From Massalongia carnosa (taxonomy: Eukaryota), in contig OZ287067.1 in assembly GCA_965645245.1 (NCBI GenBank), forward strand, positions 2,294,001 to 2,358,000: a stretch of DNA of 64,000 nucleotides, in the 5' to 3' direction. Shown here piece by piece: positions 24,039 to 34,886 of this stretch (its first letter is position 1; the number at the start of each line of letters is the position of its first letter). The notes below the pieces were generated by a model. That model searched no databases and was not told the DNA's origin. It saw only the letters and a list, made by a program, of their open reading frames with translations. The position numbers and the translations under genes are program-made.

Positions 24039-25268
24039 ATGGCACCATCTACTCCACCACCACAGGCCAAAAAATCCCCTCATGCTGATACCATCAGAAA
24101 AACCTGCTTTTTCATGCTTTTGATCATCGGCCGGAATGTCATCATCAAAGATGTCTGCGAGCAGGAGAGCATCAAGCTCGATCGAGGAAAATATTGGCTG
24201 AAGCAACGCCAGCGTCTTGAAGACGTCGCCTATCGACGACGTTCTCGTAGCGGTCGACCTAAAAAAGTGAGCATTTAGTTGATAAATCAAATGCTGAATT
24301 CACATACAAATAGCGTTCGCGATCAGCCGTACACCGTACAATTGGAGCACTTTCATATAGATGCAACGCAACGTACACTGCAAAGAGGATTCAGTGCTCG
24401 CAAACCTCGTGCTGCTCGATTTAAAAAAGCGAAGGTGAAAACGCTCAGTCAGAAAAACGAGCGAATACGAGTTCTATACGGGAAAGAGCATGAAAATCAT
24501 ACTATTGAGAATTTCTGGCAGTACGTTCATTTCACGGATGAGGCTCATTTCGACCCGGATCAAACGTACCAAGAGCGAGTTCTTCGAGAGGAAGGCACTA
24601 GATACGAGTCAGAAAACATGCAAAAGATGCCGGACATGAAGGGAGTAAAACTGCATTTGGCCGCTTCTATTTCGTGGCATCATAAAGGGCCGCTGACGTT
24701 TTACAATGACGAGCACGACGCGCCTGAAATTCAGGTTCACAAGCCCAGAAAACCACACAAGTCGAAGTATGAAACGGAGCATGATCATCGTCAGCGAATA
24801 GCTGAATGGGAGGCATCTCTACCTCACGATTTAGAAATTAAATCAAAAGGCAATAGCATGACTCAAGCTTACTTTACGGAGCGTCTGCTTCCCGGCTATA
24901 TGACTGAAATTCATGAATGTCGTGTTTTTCATGATCGATTTTGCATCTTTCAAGAAGATAACGATCCTAGTCACGGCACACGATCTACAGACAATATCGT
25001 ACGTAGAATTAAGGCAGCTAGCTGGATTGAAACGTTGAATCATCCTCCGCAATCCCCTGATCTCAATCCAACGGAAGGGGTATGGAATATTCTGAAACAG
25101 CGAGTTAGACGGCGACGGTGCAGCAATGTGAGAGAGTTAAAACGGGTGATTCTAGATGAATGGAACAAAATATCTATAGATGAAACGGGCCCGAATTAAG
25201 GAGATGCCTGATCGATGTAAGAGATTAATAGCGACGGAGGGCAAAGCAATAAAATCCGATCTATGGTA
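24039..25268 (+). pseudogene. Tc1-like DDE_3 transposase with in-frame stop (24276-24278) and frameshift near 25185
   Basis: FTDEAHF, FQEDNDPSHG and HPPQSPDLNPTEGVW motifs. The C-terminus RARIKEMPDRCKRLIATEGKAIKSDLW lies in a shifted frame. Confidence 0.88.
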
Positions 25269-27812
25269 ATCGTCGGCTCGCTTAGCTCCGTGGATCCGAC
25301 TAAAATGCGAAAGCATTTTAGTCGGGGAAAGCGGTGCATCCCGGAAAGCGGTGCATCCCGGAAAGCGGTGCATCCCGGAAAGCGGTGCATCCAGCCAAAA
25401 TCATCAAATTTTCATCTTTTTCACCTTTTACCCTCAATCATCTGAATAACTAGCTTGATTATTGACGATTTAATCACCTCATATTGATAAGTATAGCCTT
25501 CCCAGCATTTATTCCTAAAATAACTAGTTATTTCATCGGATTGTCGCATATTCAGCTTTTCTATACGTCCTCAATCATCCTTTTTATCCATCATTCTTAA
25601 CCCACTCCATGGATAGTAACGCCCCCATTCTCAATCCCATGGAGGAAGCGAAGCAATTTCTGAAGACAAATCCCAAAGAAACCAAGATGACTGCATCCAG
25701 ACTTTTCAACGTCAACGTTAAAACGTTGACTTCTTCCATTCGTCGTTGTTCGGGAGTGAAAAATGGAGGACAAAATCAGATATTGAGAGATCATGAAACA
25801 AAGGCTATCAATGGTTTTATTCAATCTTTGTTGGTGCATGGAATTCCACCTACGCATCAAATCGTTTTTAATGCCATTGTAAGCTTGAAAAAAGCTCATA
25901 ATCCCCTCGATGTAGGGCCGTCAAGACGATGGTTTCGGGATTGGTGGAAGCGTAGCAATTTGCATAAAATCAAGACAAAACCATTGTCCATGATCCGATT
26001 TGAAGCCGCTCAGGAATCGGATGTGACCAGATGGTTTGCTGATTATAGGCATGCATTGAAAACACTGAATATTCGAAAAAGACGAAATATTCTGAATTTT
26101 GATGAAGCTGGCTTCCGCATTGGGTGCATGAGGGGACAGGAAATTCTTGTTCCCATGGAAATTAAACAATTCTACGCGGTCAGCCCGGAAAACCGTAGAT
26201 CGGCGACGATTATCGAGACAATCAATGCTGCCGGCGACTATCCCCCCCCTCCGATGGTCATCATACAAGGTCATGACATCATGGCCATATGGTTTTCGGA
26301 TGATCTGCCACAGGGCACGCATATCGTGCCTTCGGACAGTGGATTTACATCTGATAAGATAGCAGTTGAATATCTGAAACATCTTATCAAGAATTCAGAT
26401 GCAGGACCGAATGCGGATTGGAAATTGTTGCTTATGGATAATCACGGCAGTCATATTACTCCTGAATTTGTTGCTTTGGCCAATGAAAATCACATTCGTC
26501 CTTATCCACTAATTCCGCATTTAACCCACTGTATGCAGCCATTGGATGTGGGTGTATTTCAACCCTATAAGCATTGGCATAATGTGGCTATTCAAGAGAC
26601 TATATCGGAGTCATTTATTGAGTATTCCCTGACGCAATTTCTGAAGGATTTGGTCAAAATCAGGAATAATACCTTCAACCCATCCACTATTCGACATGCC
26701 TTTGAAAAGTCGGGCATGTGGCCTGTTAATCCAAAAGCATGCATTCAACAGCTGAAAACATTCAATCCCAACAATCCAAACAATCTGACTGAGATTCTGA
26801 CCGAGACGAATAATGATAATCAGCTCACATTACCCCCCCTACCTCGTCAAATCCAACCAAGGGAAATAGCCGACATAGAATATGGATTGGATCATCAATG
26901 GGGACCAAAAATTCAGGAATCTATGCAATGGAGTGACCCCATTCGGGCTGAGGAATTTGACTCATTCGTTATCAATGCAAAAGAAGTTATTTCGAACTCG
27001 ATTCTCAAGGAAACGGAGCTGAAAATGTGGCAACAGACACGAATGCAACAGTTAAACAGTAGAAAATTTTCTCGCAAACGACTGAGACCTGAATCAGGAA
27101 AATTGGGACTGACTAAGGAAGATGCGGAGCATGCCTTAACCATGAAGCTACAACACGAAAAAAAGGCTGAAAAGAAACGAGTGGACAATAAGTTTATGAA
27201 GATATGGAGAATGGAAAGAGACGAAATTCACGTCAAGGGAATGGCTGCTCGAAAAGCAGAAAGGGATCGAGTCAAACGATTAAAAGAAATGACCAAAACC
27301 CTCAATCCCATACCAATTGAGTTGTATGAAGCAATTTCTGACCCCGAGGCCTTATGGAAAGCGACGAATGAGGTGTGGATAGCTGAGGAAGCGAAGAAAG
27401 AAGCCAGAAAAAATCCACGTGTCAATGCTACGATTGATGAGGAAGAAACCGCGATTGTAGTAGATGAAGAATCATGGGTGCAGAGAGATTTCGGGGGCTC
27501 CATCGAGATGCAAAGTGATTTCGTATCTTTCATGGATGAAGAGGATGAGGAGAATGCGGGGTATGGGGGGAACCGGAAGAATCGGGGGGATCGAAGGGAT
27601 CAGGGGGGTCGAGGGGATGATTTTGATGATGGTTATGATGATGACACTGTTTTTCAAGCTTTGTATGACGTTAGCTAATGATTAACCCAGATGATTGAGG
27701 GTAAAAGGTGAAAAAGATGAAAATTTGATGATTTTGGCTGGATGCACCGCTTTCCCCGACTAAAATGCTTTCGCATTTTAGTCGGATCCACGGAGCTAAG
27801 CGAGCCGACGAT
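25269..27812 (+). mobile_element. pogo/Fot1-like DNA transposon B, apparently intact
   Basis: TIRs 25269-25444 and 27688-27812, identical apart from three extra 17-bp units on the left; TA TSD at 25267-25268 and 27813-27814. Confidence 0.95.
25609..27678 (+). CDS. pogo/Fot1 DDE_1 transposase (689 aa, uninterrupted)
   Basis: NFDEAGFRIG, LLMDNHGSH and THCMQPLDVGVF catalytic motifs; N-terminal HTH; acidic tail. Confidence 0.93.
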   Translation: MDSNAPILNPMEEAKQFLKTNPKETKMTASRLFNVNVKTLTSSIRRCSGVKNGGQNQILRDHETKAINGFIQSLLVHGIPPTHQIVFNAIVSLKKAHNPLDVGPSRRWFRDWWKRSNLHKIKTKPLSMIRFEAAQESDVTRWFADYRHALKTLNIRKRRNILNFDEAGFRIGCMRGQEILVPMEIKQFYAVSPENRRSATIIETINAAGDYPPPPMVIIQGHDIMAIWFSDDLPQGTHIVPSDSGFTSDKIAVEYLKHLIKNSDAGPNADWKLLLMDNHGSHITPEFVALANENHIRPYPLIPHLTHCMQPLDVGVFQPYKHWHNVAIQETISESFIEYSLTQFLKDLVKIRNNTFNPSTIRHAFEKSGMWPVNPKACIQQLKTFNPNNPNNLTEILTETNNDNQLTLPPLPRQIQPREIADIEYGLDHQWGPKIQESMQWSDPIRAEEFDSFVINAKEVISNSILKETELKMWQQTRMQQLNSRKFSRKRLRPESGKLGLTKEDAEHALTMKLQHEKKAEKKRVDNKFMKIWRMERDEIHVKGMAARKAERDRVKRLKEMTKTLNPIPIELYEAISDPEALWKATNEVWIAEEAKKEARKNPRVNATIDEEETAIVVDEESWVQRDFGGSIEMQSDFVSFMDEEDEENAGYGGNRKNRGDRRDQGGRGDDFDDGYDDDTVFQALYDVS

Positions 27813-28052
27813 TAAATTCTGATGATTTTGGTGAGGTGGCTTGAAAATTTTGGTGAGGGGCCCTGACCCCCATTAGGTAAAAACTTTTGACACCCACGTG
27901 GGCAATGCTGGTAGAAGTTGAACATTCAACACATTCGATAACGCGTCAGCCCGAAATTCGGAAACGATAGAAGAAAAATGGAGAGCGTCTGAAGAAAAAA
28001 AACGGGATCGCGAATGAATAACAGGAGTTTGTTTTTGCACCTAATGAAATAA

Positions 28053-28478
28053 TTAATCAAAACGTCAAAATTCAAATGAGAATTCTTACCCGAAAAACGT
28101 CGTACGGCGAATTGTTTTTATTTTTTATATGTTTGCGGCACCGTTCGATTTGATTTACGGAACGTGCGGAGGTCTGAATAAGAGCAAAAACGTGTTGAGA
28201 CATGAAGAGCTAAAAGAGAAAGAATTATTAACTGGCTGAGATGAAGGGAACTGCGATGAAGATTCTTTACCTGATTGAAATGAAAAAAAGCTGCGGTGAA
28301 AAGAGCTGCGATGATAGATAAACACGAAAAGCATCGTAAACCCAATCGAGTCCGCGCTAAACCTCTTATGAACGATTTCAAAGAAAATCTGATGCTTCGC
28401 GAAGAGACCTCCTCCCCCCACCGCAAACGGGAGAAAATCTCGCGCATTGAAAATCCCGTTTGCTATGTTCCTCTGTGA
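28053..28478 (+). pseudogene. Unidentified stop-riddled coding remnant
   Basis: One frame reads like protein but has six in-frame TGA and one TAA (FK*EFLPEKRR...VET*RAKRERIINWLR*RELR*RFFT*LK*KKAAVKRAAM). Confidence 0.4.
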
Positions 28479-31416
28479 GCAATTAAAGATTTAATCAAAG
28501 TATAGCTGTGCTAGCAGCGCTCTAGGTAGGTGGTGGGAAGAAACTTGTCGAGTGAAGTTAAATCATCAACCTTTCTCTTCTCTCCTCTTTCTTTCCTCGT
28601 TTCCTTATTTTCCATCCGTTCTCGGTCATTTCTTACTTCAAGTATCTGTCTCGTCCCCTATATTGCCCCTAACCCGTAACACTACCTTATATTCTTTCCG
28701 TCCTAAGATCTTGACGAACCCTAGGGCAATATTTTTTCAATCTTAGAATCGGAAACTGTCATCCATCCCTCTATTCTTAGGAATCGTATACGGAGAGAAA
28801 CGTACGAACAAACACAACAATTTTCCGAATGCGCGCTGACCCTGCATGACGGTCCTCTCCATTTCAATCCTCCTCGTCGATGAAGAAAATGAAAGGATTC
28901 TATTCTCTTCTGGTTGGTGGGTGAGAAAGAGGACTGGAGGGAGCGGTAGGTAGAGGTTGAATGATCGCTCACTTTCCGAAAGTCGGAATGGGCAAAAACT
29001 GTCAAGATGCCTATCTATCAACCTACCTACAAGGGGTCGTAGTGGGAGGGTTCGAGCTGAAAGGTGATAGTTTGTGGGAACTTGAGATCAAGGACATATG
29101 AGAAGAAAACCCCCTTTTCTTTGCATTTTATTGGAAGGAGATTGAAGTTTAAAAGAAAGATAACTAAATTAATTCCATCTCGGCAATGTTTCCATCGGTG
29201 CTGATTCCTTTATTGTATCCTTTCTTCGGTTTATGATCTCGTGGATGTGATTTTCAGATACAAGAATCTCCTTGCAAGTCAACGATAGCGGAACCCCACT
29301 TCTAACTGCATTCTTGGTACATCTTGGCGATTATATACTAACGAGCGGCTTTCGTTAGAATTCACTCTGATCGCGGTTGAATTAGGGGTCTATTTAGGAA
29401 TGAACAACAATCGTGTTTTTAAAAAATACAAAAAGGAGATTTTTTTAAAGCGTCACTTTAACGCAAAGAAAAGTTCAAAAATTAGGAGAGATGATCAATT
29501 AATCCCGATGAAAGGAATAAGACCAATATAAATTGAGAGAGAAGAGGATGTGTCGAATAAGAATTTCAGTCTCAAACTCCTGTAATTCCAATAACAAGAT
29601 ACCTTGATGGTCAATCACTATCCAAAGCACTTACATATGATAAAGTATCCTCATATTTCAATTCCTTCTTCGATTCACCATTCTTCAAATATTCTATTCT
29701 TCATACATACACAAGACATCCCGGTCCATTACCTCAACCCTTTTCTTGGATCGACTTCTCCTTGATTCTGTTCCCTCAACCCGAAACCGAGGAACAAGGT
29801 GAAAGGCGGAAGCTTGGGGGGGGGGGAGGGGAACAGGGAGGTAGATGAAAAGGGGATTAAACGAACAGGAAATATTTATAAAGTAGAGAAAGAAAAAAGA
29901 AAAAAAAGGCATGACTACAAAACGATGAGTCTATAACAGAAGTAGATATCTTAAAAGTCTTCAAAGATTAACAGAAAAAATAAAATAAAACTAAAACACC
30001 CCAAAAACCAACTTATTCTCCTCCTCATCCATCCCGTCTGTGAATGAGAATGAGGCCGATTAGCTTAGTTACCTTCCTCCTGATTAGGTAGTCGAAACTC
30101 AATACTTTTGATCGTGCTTGGTTTTCCCGAGGAAAAAACAAAGCCTTTTATAAAAATCAAAAGTTATGTAGCGACCCCCCCCCCTTCTTTCTCATCCCCT
30201 TTCTCTCCTCGCCAGTAATAAAAGCACTGTCCGTCTCCCTGCGCCCCCCCTGCCTACATATACCTAACCTGCCGGCATAAATACCTATTCCCTTTCAACG
30301 CAAAAATTCCTCCACAAAGAAGTAGAGAAAGAAAAAAGAGGTAAAGAATCTACCAATTTCAGTACTCGACTCGGGAACTCCCCTTTCTTCCTCGCCCTCG
30401 CCTTCGCCATTCCATTCCACTACCCCTATCACTAGCAAACTCCCACCCCCCCCCCCCCCCCAAAACAAGAAAGAATCAGACAGATAGACGTCTCCATTCC
30501 TCTCTAGCCAGGGGATGTATGAGAAGAGAGGGACGCAAGGAGATAGGAAGCAAATAGGCTTTTTTTTTTGCCGTGGGGTAGAATGGATGGGTGTATAGGT
30601 ATAAATACCCTACATACAGTTACCATCCCCATAAGTGGACCTACGTGCATGTGCTGCGTGAAAATAATGCTGCATCGCTGAACTGACTAATGCCATTTTT
30701 TCCTTTCTCCAAAAACCATCGGGGGAAAAAAAAATCCTCCAAGCCAACCGATCGATCGATCAACTCATCCATTTTCCCCCCCCCCCCACTCCCCAAATCC
30801 GAAGAGTAGATAGCAAGCCGCAAGGAACGCTTTTAGCGAAGAAAGGAGATGAGAAACCCGTAAACTTGCCCAAGGGTAGGAGGGGGCTACAAAAATCTCT
30901 TAAAGGGGGGAGGGAACTGAAGGGGAAAAGAGCTAGATGGGTTCGAGATCCGACCTAGTCATGGCGTGGGTTATTTGGGGGTTCTGTTGGTAGATTTGTG
31001 GAAGTAAGTAGGTAAGTAAGCGATTAGGATAAGTAGGATAAGTAGTTCGGTCCTTACCAGATCTATCCATGCATCGATTCGCATTTGTTCATATAGGACT
31101 ATCTATCCTATTTCTTATATCTTTCTTTATCGGCTCATTCACCCCCCTTCCCCACTTTTCTCCTGAATCACCCCCCCCCCCCCTTAAAAAGAACGTGTGC
31201 ACGAAACCAAACATACGTACATCTATTCAGCTTTAAGTCAACATCAATCATCAACCATCAACCATCCATGTACTATCCATCTGCTTCACCCAAAAACCCC
31301 CCTTTGATTCTTCCCGCAATTAGCGACGTGCAAACGGCAGTTGCAAAAGACTCCTGCAAGACAAGAGGTTCGAGCATATTACTAATGAAGCAGAAGTCGG
31401 AGAAATTGAAGATGGA

Positions 31417-31466
31417 GAAGAAGAAGAAGAAGAAGAAGAAGAAGAAGAAGAAGAGAAAGAAGAAGA
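31417..31466 (+). repeat. (GAA)n microsatellite
   Basis: About 12 perfect GAA units plus a degenerate tail. Confidence 0.95.
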
Positions 31467-32266
31467 AAAACAAAAGAGAAAGACAAGAAGTACCAAAATT
31501 CGTGAAACAGCACACTCCACATCCTACTTCCCACCCCAAGAGTCTCCCTATCCTACCGTACGCTAGCTTACTATTGGTGTGAAACAGCGGATTCAGAAAG
31601 AGGCTAGTACACATATAGGATTGAGGGGGGGTTTGTTAAAATAAGAGAGACTGAAAGAGTGAAAGGGAGAGAGAAATTATCTGATTAGGTTTTGTTTTTG
31701 TTTGGTCGGCTGGTTTTCTAGTTGGTGGCTGTGGACTTAGGGAATGGAGGATGGGGGATGAAGATAGGAATAAGGAATGAGGAAGAGAAGATGAAACTAT
31801 ATGACATGACAATCAATGGAGAATGAGAGGGGGGTAGATTCACAAGCATGTAACACTCCCGCGACACCGAGACGTAAGAGGGAAAAGGTGCGACACGACA
31901 AAAAAGCGCGGAAGAGAAATGAGTAGATATATGTTAGAAAGAGATGGAGTTCGAAATGCAGTATTGACATGGCTTTTTTTTTGGCGAAGAAGCGATTGAA
32001 GTTACGGTTGCGACGAAAGCAATCATCTCTAGAAACGAGGTCGAGGAGGAACTGGTAAGTAAACGGACGGTGAACAAGTACGTACGATGAAAGGGAGAGG
32101 AGAAAAGGGGAGAGGAAAGGAAACGGGTATGGATTGATACGGAAAGAGGGGAGCGAATCCAGCTCTGAAAGGTATAACGCGTCCTACCGTCTATTGTTTA
32201 AAAAGCCCGATACAAACCATACGATAAACTGCTTTTCGGGGGAGCTAGTGTCCTGCCAAGGTACCA

Positions 32267-33129
32267 TCATACCTCATCACGCACGTCCCGAACCCTTGCC
32301 CAACCCTCCACGCTCCTCCCCGCCCACCGCGCCACCGCCTCCACGGCGCTCTGCACCGCCTCGGCGTCCTCCTCGCTGACCCCCAGCCTCCTCAGGCCCC
32401 GCATGTGCCACATGGTTGGTGCGCGGAGCCCCTGGCACATGATGCACGTGAGGATGACGAGCTCCGACTCCACGGGTGAGAGCACGCGATGGTCGGCGAG
32501 GAACAGGCCGTAGATCAGGGAGCGGTCCAGCCATTCGACTAGGGGGCCGTTGGAGCCAAGGCTGGTGAAGATGGGAGCAAGGTTTTCTTTGTACAGGGTT
32601 TGCATGAAGGCTGTGCCGCGGGCGGTAGTCTCGGGCGTCAGCTCAGGTGGTTGCCTGGGGGGGGGGTGTTAATGATCCAATTAGCAAAGCGGTATCGAAG
32701 TAACCAGTATCTCCCTCCGGCAACGCTCCCGAAGGTAAGCCTTACCATTGTTCAGCTGGACCGCCGTCCGATGCACCGTTGTCCTTTCGTTCCACTTTCG
32801 CCAACGTTGCTGCCGACACGACAATCAAAGGGATCCCCACCAATGTCCACGCCTTTGCAAGCATGTCTTGGAGGCTCTTCGATAGCCCGGTTTTCTCCGT
32901 TTCGGTCAAGGGGCTATCAGGACCGGTGGCATAAAGGTAAAGGGATGAGAGCTCTTCCGGCTTGCCGCATGCGATGAGAGCCGACGCCTATGGTGACGGT
33001 GTCAGTGATGTGGGGCCAATGACGGCTTCCGAAGGTCTAACCCACGGCAATAAGATACCAAGTGCTCGGTGGGAGGGACGACGGAATGCCGGCTGTAACC
33101 GAGCGGAAAAGGGTATCTGCGGAAGACAT
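32267..33129 (-). CDS. AhpD-like / carboxymuconolactone decarboxylase-fold protein, 3 exons
   Basis: Spliced: MSSADTLFRSVTAGIPSSLPPSTWYLIA|ASALIACGKPEELSSLY...KAWTLVGIP...W|...RGTAFMQTLYKENL...IYGLFLADHRVLSPVESELVILTCIMCQGLRAPTMWHMRGLRRLGVS. Canonical GT-AG introns. Confidence 0.8.
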
Positions 33130-34161
33130 TGTTGCACACGTGGGAGGTCAACGCGGAAGCGCTGCAGTGGCTGAAGGCGGAGATTGGCAACAGTAGCCTC
33201 TACGATGAGAGTGTCTGTACTCTGTACAGAGTAGTCGGTACTCGGTATTCTGCCTCCGTAAAGAATGATGCCAGATGCCACCAACGAACTGCCGGATATT
33301 CTTCCTCCCAGCAAATCAATCAGATATCTATGACGATTCGGTCTTGCGGATCAATCAGCGGTAATGATGATTCGTTGATAGGTTGTTACCCAACCCATTC
33401 ACAACAGCGTGGCTTGACTGATCGGGATGCAAAGATGATCAATGTCGCACTGTGAAACTGAGTAATTTGGTTCCTGTGGGCTAACCCTAACCCCAGGTCT
33501 AGTTAGTGGGCTGAGGATCCTGAGCGCAAGGGACGTGAAGCATGAAATCGATCAAAAGAAATATGGCAAAAGAAAGCGAACGAGCGTGGGGGACATTCAG
33601 GTATCTTTTGCCGATGAAGCCTGGTTGGGATACCCATTGAATTGATCATTTTCGTTTTTTTCCCTTTCAGCCTCGACTCGGTTTCTCCTTCTTCTGCTTC
33701 CTCCTCTTTTTCAAACCCAAATTGACAAGTACTTTGGGTAGTTGGTTACGAAGCTCTCTTGAGATACAGAGTAAACTAGTTACCGAGTACAGACCAAGTA
33801 GCGCCTCCGGCTCCACGGTACGAACCAGCCGTACCAGCTAACTAGCCTCCAATAATTAGATCACATGACGGTACCCAGTCCTTGCTCCTCACTTTTAACC
33901 TTCGCCAGGGACAATTTCTTGAGCCCTACAGAGTTCTACGGAAGACGGAGGGAGGTTTCCGTCCCCTGGCTGTCTAAGACCAGAGCTAGGATCGATCATT
34001 TCGGACTTGTTACCCGCGAAATGAAAGTCTTAAAGCCACAAGCTCAAAAGCCTACCGAGACAAAACCCCAACGATCCCTAGCGAAACTGGCTAGGAGAGA
34101 GAATTGGAAAAAAGTGCCACGTGCTTAGCGTCATTGCTTGTGAAACTGGATCAGAGGAAAA

Positions 34162-34240
34162 AGTACACAGTACCTACTCTGTACGCAGTACGCGGTACGC
34201 TGTACGCTGTACTCTGTACTCTGTACGTTGTACAATACTC
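34162..34240. repeat. 7-bp GTAC-core tandem repeat (GTACGCT/GTACTCT)
   Basis: GTACGCA GTACGCG GTACGCT GTACGCT GTACTCT GTACTCT GTACGTT GTAC. Confidence 0.8.
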
Positions 34241-34675
34241 TGCCACATCTGCCTAGGGATCTCAGACAAGCCAGGTCGGTTATCGCTACTCTTTACAGCC
34301 ATATACCTACGTTACTCATTCTAATCTGTACCTACAAAGGAAATGATATCGCCGGATTGATAAGTTGAAAAAGCGTACGTAAACATGTATAGCTAGCTAT
34401 ATATAGACGGGGACCGATGTGTCCTCGGTATCGACCCCGTGGCCTGTTCTTTGTCGCCAATATGGATTCGTGGCGATAACCTACTCTAGACAGAGTTTCC
34501 CCATCATTCAGCCAATGGCTTGCTACGAAACCGACACGGGATGAGCTCAACCTTCTATGCTTTCTTTACCCATTTCATTTCTCGCTCCTCATTTTCCTTT
34601 TTCCTTTTTCACGTTCGTCCACTCGGCCCTTTTACCCACTTTTCTTTTATTTCTTTTCTCCTTTCCCTTCGCTTT

Positions 34676-34886
34676 CCCCACAGCAATCCAAGCGCTCCGG
34701 TGTCTGTGCACCCCCACACTCGTCTCCAAATAGGGCAAAATGCTCCTCTCCTTCTCCGACTCCCCCATCCTTGTTTCCCCGGGCACGCCGGTGTCCCCGG
34801 TCCCCCACCGCTTTTTCTCTGTCGCGCCAAAAAGTAGATCCAGCATGCCAATCCCCGGATCCCCGGTAGCTTTCCCACAACTCCGG
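34676..34886 (-). promoter_or_regulatory. Cluster of nine co-oriented CreA/Mig1 SYGGRG motifs upstream of creA
   Basis: CCCCAC/CCCCGG/CTCCGG on + at 34676, 34695, 34712, 34777, 34795, 34803, 34853, 34861 and 34881. Confidence 0.6.

Larger units (their letters stand above)
23964..27900 (+). mobile_element. Tc1-like DNA transposon (host of pogo B)
   Basis: TIR CAGCGGGTGTCAAAAGTTTTTACCTAATG at 23964-23992 and its inverse at 27871-27900; terminal bases and TSD degenerate. Confidence 0.85.

Noticed and set aside
31268..31614. Poly-Lys, poly-Phe and poly-Ser ORFs
   Set aside because: Produced by the GAA microsatellite; no recognisable domain.
33481..33494. CTAACCCTAACCCC telomere-like motif
   Set aside because: Only two units, expected by chance.
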